Shown here: positions 38,901-47,612 of the stretch, piece after piece
Position numbering within the stretch: the first letter of the stretch is position 1
How the letters are laid out: each line of letters begins with the position of its first letter
Assembly: GCF_021028975.2 (NCBI RefSeq)
Contig: NC_059436.1
Location: 22,382,001 to 22,446,000 of the forward strand
DNA: 64,000 nucleotides
Origin: Sphaerodactylus townsendi
Lineage: Eukaryota
Direction: 5' to 3'
Program-made: the position numbers and the translations under genes
The notes under the pieces: model-generated
What the model saw: only the letters and a program-made list of their open reading frames with translations
The model's database searches: none
Told to the model about the DNA's origin: nothing

Positions 38901-40712
38901 ACACAGCAGCCCATCTTCCTTCATAGTGTCTCATTCAAGTACTAACCCTGGCTGAGTCTGCTTAATTTCCAAACTCTGACACCCCAGGTACAGATCCCTG
39001 CTCTACTCTGCCATGAAAGTTTCCTGGATGACTCCACTCAGTCTCCCACTCTCCATCTAAGCTACTTCATGGGGCTGTTGAAGATAAACTGGAGAGATCA
39101 ATTTAAGCTTCTTTGGGTCTCCTGGGAAGGGGGTTAGAAATTAAGTAAACCATCAAGCAAGCCAGATTGTTTCTTGCAGCAGTGAAGGTTTTTGGCAGCA
39201 GCAGGGGGTTCAAGATAATGCTGGGTAATATGCTGGGTAAGAAGGCAAAGGCATTTGGCACCTGCCTCTTTGTTCTTGTGATGCAGCCAGACATCTTGGG
39301 CGGATCCTGCTCTTTAATGCTCGGGGTGTTATTAGCTTTTGCAAACTTTGAGACCTTCAGCAGCAGCAGAACTTGACTGGAGTCCAGTAGCACCCTAGAG
39401 ACCAGTAAGCTTTTGGGGATATCAGCTTTCACGAGTCAAAACTCCTTTTGTTGGATGAGTCAAAAATCCCTACCGGATCAGACCAAAGGAGTTTTGACTC
39501 TCCAAACTTATTTCCACCCCTGCTGCCAAATTCTGTTGGTCTCTAAGATCTCTCTGTACTGGAATCTAGAGCTTCTTCTGCAGACCAACCAGCTTCCCTC
39601 CTAAAACTATCAGCAACCAGTAAGACACTTTGGGGGAAGCCAACAGGGTGTAGTTCTTGAGAGCAGAGGACTCCAGTCTGGATAACCTAATTCGATTCTC
39701 CACTCATTCACATGAAGCCTGCGGGGTGACCTTGGGCCAGTCAATGTCCTGTTGCAGCTTTCTCAGCCCATATGATGATGATGGAGGAGGAGGAGGAGGA
39801 GGAGGAGGAGGAGGAGAAGAGTTGGGATTTATATCCCCCCTTTCTCTCCTGCAGATCTCCTTGCCCTTCCCCCCTCACAACAAACACCCTGTGAGGTGGG
39901 TGGGGCTGAGAGAGCTCCGAGAAGCTGTGACTAGCCCAAGGCTACCCAGCTGGTGTGTGTGGGAGTGCACAGGCTAATCTGAATTCCCCAGATAGCCTCC
40001 ACAGCTCAGGCGGACGAGCTTGGAATCAAACCCGGTTCCTCCAGATTAGATACACGAGCTCTTAACCTCCTACGCCACTGCTGCTCCACAGGCCATGGCA
40101 AACCACCTCCAAACGTCTGGAAAGCCCTGCCTACAGGATGGCTGTAAGTCAACTGTGACTGGAGGGCACTTGCTCTTGGCCTGACCCCCTGCTTAATCAC
40201 TTTCCTTGAGGGGGCGATCCCTGCTTCAGCCGGGGGTCTCTTTTCTTGGGTGTTGAGCCTCAAGCATCAACCCTGAACTCAGCCTTGGGTGGGACGGCCA
40301 AGATACGTTTCAAAAATAATTTTGTTACAAACTCAGTTATCACACTACAACATTCCGCAATCACATTACAAAACATATAAAGGCTGTGACATGATAAGGA
40401 AACGGTTAGGGCAAACTTATCAGCAAGGTGGACTTTTGCCAGCTGGCATGACCAACTGCATCCTCTAACCAGGTGCTTCTACAGAACCCTGCAGGCAGGG
40501 TGGTGGCATTTCCGATGCATTCAATGCAAGAGGCACCAGCAGCCCCCCTGTTTCCTGCCCTTCTTGCAGACGGCTGGATGGGGAGGGGTGTGTGTGCGTG
40601 TGCAGGTGCACGCGGGCCCCCTTCCTTCGGACTCTCCCCCGCCTCAAATCCAAAGCCCTGGACTGCCCTTCCCAGCCTACCTGACTTGATCAGCCCCCAC
40701 CTCCGAAGCCAT
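29939..40712 (-). CDS. IL18: Interleukin-18 precursor (~215 aa if the 40712 ATG is used; 195 aa from the 35126 ATG)
   Basis: Exons (minus): 40712-40681 (inferred), 35154-35081, 34067-34059 (9-nt micro-exon), 32925-32773, 31176-31031, 30172-29939; phases consistent. Peptides TLCFQDDDGLEPD/SW, AVFEHMTD, IIFFQ...FKFESTLQRGYFLAF...LIMK..QDEVDETTK resemble sauropsid IL-18; syntenic position. The 5'-most exon is less certain than the rest. Confidence 0.88.
30464..30606. mobile_element. MITE, same family as 1626-1766
   Basis: Same TIRs; 3-bp flanking duplication TGT (30461-30463 / 30607-30609). Confidence 0.78.
31749..32259. mobile_element. Same hAT family, opposite orientation, IL18 intron
   Basis: TIRs; 8-bp TSD TGTTAGGC / GGTTAGGC. 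Confidence 0.85.
32677..32710 (+). repeat. (GA)n microsatellite
   Basis: Directly visible. Confidence 0.9.
33500..34020. mobile_element. Penelope-like pLTR fold-back element, longest copy, in an IL18 intron
   Basis: ~137-bp inverted arms (33500-33636 / 33850-33987), ~210-bp spacer, near-TSD GTAAAA(A)CTGATT (33487-33499 / 34021-34032). Confidence 0.87.
35307..35902 (-). mobile_element. 5'-truncated non-LTR retrotransposon (RTEX-like; clade uncertain) inserted into an L2 fragment
   Basis: C-terminal PC..G.VESLAH.LLHC zinc-knuckle-like peptide; tail TGCCAATAAAGGCTTG; 13-bp TSD AGCCACAAATGCA (35294-35306 / 35903-35915). Confidence 0.78.
37830..38040 (+). mobile_element. Older CORE-type (Ther1/MIR-related) SINE
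   Basis: tRNA head plus CCTACCTCACAGGGTTGTTGTGAG.ATAAAATGG core; relatives at ~775-960, 14480-14600, 24890-25110 and 43380-43545(-). Confidence 0.65.
38261..38785. repeat. DNA-transposon remnant with direct and inverted ~70-bp subrepeats
   Basis: Begins CAGGGGCGTA; unit TTTGGTGCAGTTTGGTTCAGGGGGGCCAAA.TTATGGACCCTCAAAA at ~38340(+), ~38435-38490(-) and ~38722(+). Confidence 0.65.
39783..40082 (-). mobile_element. tRNA-derived SINE (Squam3-like) with (CCT)n-expanded tail
   Basis: Reverse complement of the family; (GGA)n at 39783-39815. Confidence 0.8.
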
Positions 40713-40830
40713 CTGGACCCGCCGGGATCGCGCTCGCGACTGAGAAGCGTCTGTCGTGTTGCGGGACCGAGCCCCGGCTTAAAGGCTGGGCGGTGCCAGG
40801 GCGGGGGATCGGGGCGGTCTCCGCCTCCTC
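40713..40830 (-). promoter_or_regulatory. Probable IL18 proximal promoter
   Basis: TTTAAG TATA-like motif at ~40778-40784 (minus) and clustered GC boxes at 40788-40818, just upstream of the inferred first coding exon. Confidence 0.5.
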
Positions 40831-41164
40831 GTCCATCCTCCTGGCGAGCCAAGCTGCTCGCTGGCACCAGCCACGGGGCTCCCTCCCATAGGTTTGCCTC
40901 GCCTGCGCCCTGGCTGACGTCTGGGGACCGAATGTATGACCCCATCGTGCAACCCCAGGCGCAGAGTCGTGCGGGGGCATGCACACGATCCAGAGGCGGA
41001 GCAGGGGGCGTGCGCTTGCTGGATGCACCGACCGGGCCCGCTTCCCCTTCTCGCGTAGAAACGGGACCCGAGATTGCTTCACTCCAACCTTCCTCCTTTT
41101 GCCGGCGTGGGTTGATGCGCGCGGGAATCCGCCTGTTTGCATGAAAGGCCATGAAACGGAGGGC

Positions 41165-41292
41165 ACTGCCGCACACACGTGCAGAAGGATGCACTTTTAC
41201 AATTGTTTGCCAGTGGATTTTGCTCTTCCGCACAGTAAAATCCCGCTGCAAAGTGTATGGAAAGCGCATTATTCTGCATGTGCGAAAGCTGG
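41165..41292. mobile_element. Diverged MITE related to 1626-1766
   Basis: GCATTATTCTGCATGTGCG end and the internal GTGGATTTTGC match the family. Confidence 0.65.
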
Positions 41293-41539
41293 TATAACGT
41301 TGTAACGACGTCAAAGGGGAACTGTGGCACCCGCTCTTCCTCCCTCCCCCAGCCCAAAAAGGCCTGCCAAAACCACGCCCGCCCGTCCGCCCGCCCAGGG
41401 ATGCCCTCCGCTCTTGCCAAGCCAAGACTCCTCGGGCTGGCAGGGGGACCCCTAGGCTACCCCCTCCTCCCCGGGCTCGGTCAAGCGCTCGGCCGGGGCA
41501 AAGCAGACTGGAGATCCGGAGCACAACTTTGAGCAGGTA

Positions 41540-41830
41540 GGGAAGCCGACCCTCGAACGTCGTTATAACGACGTCAATGGTGAAAAGGGCCACTGCCGGC
41601 GGTGCCGTTTTGTAAAGTGCGGATGGGGGACGGCATCCCACGGAGGCGGGGCTTGGCCTCCACCTGAAGCCAATGACGGAAGCCCCTCCCCGGCGCCTCC
41701 TGACCAATGGCCGCGCCTCTCTCACGAGAGAGCGGGCCAATTGGGCCGCCGCCCTTCCTCCTCCCGCTTGATTGGCCGGCGGGGCCGGGAAGGCGGAAGC
41801 GTCCAGCCGGCCCCGGGAGCGAAGCGGCCG
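41540..41830 (-). promoter_or_regulatory. CpG-island core promoter with 4 phased CCAAT boxes; target transcript unassigned
   Basis: CCAAT at 41670, 41704, 41737 and ATTGG at 41771; TCTCACGAGA at 41720-41729; TTTACAAAA at 41616-41608 (-); TCT-like initiator CCTTTTC at ~41588 (-). Confidence 0.7.
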
Positions 41831-42523
41831 GTGGGGAGAAGGAGGAGGGGGCCTTTTCTGCAAGGTTGTTGTTGGCTGCTGCTGCTGCTGGAGGGTCGTC
41901 GTCGCCGCTGGGGGGACTCTGGAATCCACCCCCCTCCCCGCCCAGTTCATTTTGGAATATCAAAGTTATCCCTTGCAGAGTGTTATATTTGCTTTTGTGA
42001 AAAGTCAGCTGCTTTCGGCTGGGGGAGAGGATGGGAAAGTGATTTAAATGTGCATGGTGAAGTTGGGTGGAAAATAGATTTGTAACAGTGCACCAAAAAG
42101 ACAAAAAAAAAAAAAAGGATTCTAGATCAAATCAAGCTTGAACTGACTCCTGAAGCTAAAATGACCACACTGAGGCTATGGTACTTTGGTCACGCAATGA
42201 GAAGACAAAAGTCACTGAAAAAGACAATCATGCTATGAAGAGTCAAAGGCAACAGGGAAAGACTTGGGAGGAATTGACTCTATGAAGGAAGCCCTCAGTT
42301 TACAAGCGTTCTTTTGACAGTCTCTCCTGTATGCAAATAGCAATGATAATCACTCATAGTTACATTTACACAACAATCTACACAGAGTTACTTGCAGTGA
42401 ACACCTAGTGGTGACTGTTCCACATGCAAACACATAGTGTGTAATTAACTGTTCATTCATAGATACAGACAGTTCAGAAGCAGCAGCTGGAAACTGTAAT
42501 CCAGTCATTAAAGAACTCACACA

Positions 42524-42727
42524 GTGGGGTGTTGTGGAGTTTCCGGGCTGTATGGCCATTTTCCAGTAGCATTTTCTCCTGACGTTTCACCTGCATCTGT
42601 AGCTGGCAGATGCCAACCACGGATGCAGGCAAAACGTCAGAAGAAAATGCTACTGGAGCATGGCCATACAGCCCAGAAACCCCACAACACCCCAGTGATT
42701 CCGGCCATGAAAACCTTCAACAATACA
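42524..42727. mobile_element. Penelope-like pLTR fold-back element (core deleted at the fold)
   Basis: Inverted arms plus the GAAA.CCTTC.ACAATACA end. Confidence 0.8.
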
Positions 42728-43089
42728 CTCCTGGAATATTTTGACTGGGATGCGCACATCTCAACTTTTGAAACTCAGCTGCGTTTCAGGAGAAAATAAG
42801 AAAACGGGAGGAAGAATGCAAGCTTCCCAGGAAATGTCAACATTAGAAATAACATGAATGTTATGAGGCCTGAGCATCCCTCAATATGCCCAGTTTTTAG
42901 TTGGGGGGGGCTAACAGTTGGGGAGATGGACAGGGGACAAGCTGGTTTAGAGATGAGGCTGGCCGTGAAATGGACGTTCCTTGGGGCAGCCCCCCCTCCC
43001 CAGACTGGTGTAGCAGCACAGCCCTATTACAAAGAAGCAATAAAATTGCTGCCCCCCCACTCCTTTCTCCTCAAAGAAGTGCCCCCTCC

Positions 43090-43245
43090 CTTTTCTTTCC
43101 CGCCAAAACTGAGTGTTGCACGACGACCGTTGACGTCCCCGTGAGGAACGAGGAGGGGGAGTGGCGCCAGCCCCCGGTTGTGCGGCTGCAAGGAGGGACA
43201 CGCGAGGGGGGCGGGCAGGGCCGGCGGGAAAGTCGCATGTAAGAC
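43090..43245 (+). promoter_or_regulatory. Probable TEX12 germ-line promoter
   Basis: Small CpG-rich patch with two E2F/E2F6 sites (TTTCCCGCC ~43096-43104; GGCGGGAAA ~43223-43231), a MYB site CCGTTG and a TGACGT half-CRE at ~43127-43136. Confidence 0.6.
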
Positions 43246-44081
43246 CCGTTCATGCAATACGAGACAGGAAAGAGAGTTCCCTTTCGCCTGTGTCAAAACA
43301 CGAAACACAACATGTTCGAACCACAGATATGCGTTTACCTCAAATATTTTTCATATAAGCCACCCTGTACATTAGAGGCTAACGTCGTTCTCTCCTCAAT
43401 TTTATCCTCACAACAAGCCTGTGATGTAGGTTAGGCTGAGAGGGTGTGACAGTCCTAAGATCACACCCGACATGCTTCCATGGTAGAGTGGGGATTCGAA
43501 CTTGGTTCATCCAAATCTTACTCCAACACTTTAACCACTACGCCAATAATATAAATTGACATTATATTTTATATTATTAATATTAACATTAAAAGCATAA
43601 TGTATAAACATAAGGTGTCAGGTTCAGACAAATGAGGGCACAAAAGGGTCGTTACAGGAAAGGAAGAAATCTGTTCAAGGCTATTTCTGTGTCTTCCCAC
43701 ATAGCTGCTTGTTGGTTTATTTCTTTATTTACTATTCTTTGTTTTTGACCTCAATGTTTCTAATTACTTGCAGAGTTCTGAAAATGGCCCTCCAATTGTT
43801 TTGATGCCATCCATGTAACAGAATAATATTTACTACCATGAACATTGTTTGCATGTAGAAGCTGTAGTCAGCCCTGTCTGAATGCATTCCTCAGTTCTCA
43901 CTACACAACTTATTTGCTAACACTTTTTCTGTCTTTCAAATGTTCAACTTCATCTCAAGTTTTGACAAGCAAGGATGTTTCTTTGCAATTGTTTTTGCAT
44001 GTTTTTATTTTGCAGTGCCACAACAAGAGTAGCAGTCTGGATTCTCAGTTGTGATATTACAGTGTTTTCTGTCAGTTAACA

Positions 44082-45444
44082 ATGACAAGTAACCTAGAGA
44101 AGTCTGATGAAAATAGAAGTAAGCGTAAAAAGGAACTGGAGGTGAGCTGTTGTTGGCATTGGCCAACACTTTTCTAGCTCCTTCATGGCTGCCCTTTCTA
44201 GTCCCAGTCTCTTGGTTCTTGGTTGCAGTCTCCCTTTTGGTTGATGGAACCAAGGAATAGAAAGACTTCAACAATTTCAATTTTCTCATTCCTCCCCCTA
44301 AATCTGAGTAATTCTCCAGTACTTATTACTTTATCTTCTTGGTGTTCAGCTGTATAGGACTGTGCAGAGACCTCTTTAATTGTTCCAGCATTTATCTGTT
44401 TCGACTTCTTTTGATAGAATGAATCATCAGAAAATCCACAACTGCCTTTTGAAAAAACAGACTTGTCCCTTTCTGATAGCTCCATGTTGATTGACAATAC
44501 CGAATCACTGGAAACAGTTTTAAATGGTGATGTATGAAAAAATATATCAACCAGTCATACCCTTCACTTAAAATCAATAGCTATATCCATTATTAATTAA
44601 ATGAATGTTTATATTGACAGATGCAAGCAAAGAAATCAGTGTCCTGATATCAAAGTATGCCCATATGCTAAGGCAAGTAAACAAAACTGATGATCGTTTA
44701 TAAATGTTGTAGTGATACGATTCAGTGTAATATACAAAAGAGATAAACTAGCTGTAATTCCTTAGGCCTGTGCTGGAGATTTATGACAGCAGATTTGTTT
44801 CAGAAACTGAATTCTTCAATTGTGTAGAATCTAATTTGCACTTGATGGGGGTAATCAGTTCAGTCACTGTTAGTGATTTTAATTGATAACATAATAAATG
44901 AAATTCCCACCACCATCTTTTCATGCAGTACGTTCAGAATAAAACACTGAACCTACTTTTCAAAAATCTCGGTGGACCTAAATATTGATGCTTCATTGGA
45001 TTTTATTTAGGCACCGTAATTATTTCTCCCAAGGGCTAAGTTTCTTGTGAACATTACATTCTTCTTCAACATTAAGAAAACATATACCAATTTTATTTTT
45101 AGAGGATAACATCAATATTATTGTACAAATGTTTGTAAACAGGTGATTAGGATATCAGTTTTCACTGTAGAAATTAGGATATTGGTTTTCACTGTAGCCG
45201 TTATTGATTTGTTTGTTTGTTTGTTTGTTTGTTTGTTTGTTTGTTTGTTTTGGTGGGCGAATACAGTGAGAGAGCAGCAATGGATGCTTCCTATGTAGAC
45301 GAGTTTGAAGGAATCTTGAAAGAAGCTGTTTCTGTAGAAAACCACTTCAAGTTGAAACAGGATAGCCTGAGACAAAGATTTACAGCAATTGCAGGTCCTC
45401 TACAAAGTGAAAATGTATTACCTGGAAAATGTCCTGAAATCTAA
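44082..45444 (+). CDS. TEX12: Testis-expressed protein 12, synaptonemal-complex central element (132 aa), 4 coding exons
   Basis: Exons 44082-44141, 44418-44526, 44621-44672 (GC donor), 45267-45444 (399 nt). MTSNLEKSDENRSKRKKELE...[40 protein letters not shown]...LRQRFTAIA. Confidence 0.93.
45208..45251 (+). repeat. (TTTG)n microsatellite
   Basis: Directly visible, immediately upstream of the TEX12 last-exon acceptor. Confidence 0.95.
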
Positions 45445-47612
45445 AATGTACCCTGCATGCCTGGAGTTGTAGCTCAGTTGTATACTACTAGAGAATGAAA
45501 CAGCTTTTTATTTACCTTGATTTGTGTAATTATTTTTAGTACTGGAAAATATCCCAATATCTTTCAAAACAGTACAAACCTTAAATATTAAAAAGAATGT
45601 CAACAGTTATAAGGAGCTCATCATTCCGGCACTGGTTTTACGATGGCTTTATAGAATTGGCTTCTCGGTGAAGGCCTGCATTCCGTGAAGATCCTTATAA
45701 GGCATTATATTGAGGTTTGGTTGTGAATTTGTTGTCTGTCATGCCTAGTGGTTCTCTTTACTACCTATTGAACAGGTTGGAAGAATAGAATAGAGAGAAT
45801 AATGAAATGTTTGGCTGAAAACAGAGAATTTAAAGTGAAGAATGTAGATGACAGAGGTTCTCAACAGAAGTTATCAAAAAAATTATTTTTTGACTAATGT
45901 TTTCCTCTTGTGTGTGCAATTCAGCCAAGCATGCTTAAGTTCCATTACTTTCAGTAGAAGATATGCATAGTTAATTGCCACACTGTCATCATCTTTGAGA
46001 CTTAACTGTGCTTATCTTTAACTAGATTGTTCCCAGTTGTAATGACACATTTATAATTAAACAGCCACTAAATACTGTGTCAAAGGTTGGCCTTTGTTAT
46101 TATGTAAGCATTCTTTCATTTTTTTGCTTAGCAGTTTTTTGCAGATTCCACAAATGAAAATAAAATTGAAAGAAGCAAGAGAGTCCTAATAGTGATTTTA
46201 TTTAGCTGTGTGTGGTGTTTGTCAAGACCTACTTGTCTCAAAGAATCCATGCTTTCTTTCTGATCTTTAAAAGTGTAAGGATTTTATTTTAAGCAGTTTA
46301 TAAAAATAGATTATTAAACCACCTGCACTGAATACTATAGGCCAGCATTGTGTGGTGTATAGAATCAAGCTGAAACCTGTTCTTCACATCATTGAGATGT
46401 GCTCCACAAAAGATCCATTGCTTTTTGCTTATATAATCCATTGCTCCTGTGTTCTGGTGGTGGCAGCTGCTGCTTAAGCAACATTTTTAAAAAATCTGCA
46501 AAGCAATCAGAATACTTGAGGGACAAAAACCATACTTGGCCCTGCCCACTTCTTAAAAAGACTTGGAGAGCGCCAGAAAAGGTGTCAGTGGAGTCCGTGG
46601 TGCCTGTTTTCACAGCAGAATGGGGGTTCAAAACCGGAATTCCCACATTCTACTAGGATGATCCTAGTCTGATTCATTAACCCTTCCACCACATATTTAT
46701 AATCTGCCTGATGAACCAGACCCTGTTTGCACATTTTTTGTGGGACCCAAGTATTGGTAACAATGGAATCATCATCATCAACAACAACAGTATTCTTTTC
46801 TCATTATTTGAGGTCTGAGGAGATTGTCTAATTGTTTGCCGTCTTTCCCCCAGAAAACATACCTTGAGGAAGGACTATTGTTGCCGCAGGTTAGCAGGGA
46901 AATCCTTTAGAGAAATCTGGGGCCCTGACTACTTACAGAAACACCATTTCTTTTTAACATTTCCTTTTGGTAGCTTGATTTCTGTACCTTATCTCTTTAC
47001 ATGAAGGCAGAGGTATGTGGCAGAGGTAGGTGTACATCCACTTAGCTCTAGTAGATGGATAAGAGATGGACTGTTTGTTGTTGGCCACAACTCATCAAAA
47101 ATAGAAGGAAATTTGCCAGCAAGGAACATTACAGATTGTCAGTGGACATTTCGAAACAACTCACATTAATGTGATTTTGAATATGTTTGATAAAGAAGCT
47201 CATGATAAAATACAGGTTTTTAATGTGTGTCTTTAAAATATAGGATTAGCCCTTCTAAGTGTATTGACTGAGTTTAGGATCGCACCGAAAACACTTATTC
47301 AGTAGGTAAAAAGGAAGAAAATATTAAGGGGCAAGCTGAACACTCTTCCTTCCCTGGTTCATTTCTAAAAAACAATGGTCTATTGATAAATCCCCTCCCT
47401 AGTGCAGCGTTACTTCTGCATGATTTTGCACAAACACTGACACCACCACTTCTGGGCCCGCCCATCCCTGTTACCCATGCTCAGGCTGCTGAGAATGCTT
47501 TTATTTTGAAATGTCGTGTTCAGCCAACCCTTCTGTGTGTCAGGTGCACTGTGCCATCCTGGGAAGCGATAGGACACTTAATCTGCTTGTTATTGAGCAC
47601 AGCACCAGACAG

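Noticed and set aside
41445-41465. CCTAGGCTAC resemblance to the RNase MRP RNA 5' region
   Set aside because: Only 10 nt match; no other conserved RMRP segments or Pol III terminator.
40406-41950. 514-aa minus-strand ORF and overlapping ORFs
   Set aside because: Low-complexity Arg/Pro/Gly/Ala translation typical of stop-poor CpG islands; it runs through a MITE (41165-41292) and promoter motifs.
47511-47612. Upstream in-frame ATG extending BCO2 by 34 aa
   Set aside because: ATG 47613 gives an exon 1 coding length close to the recalled human one; the extension looks like UTR or promoter, though it is not excluded.
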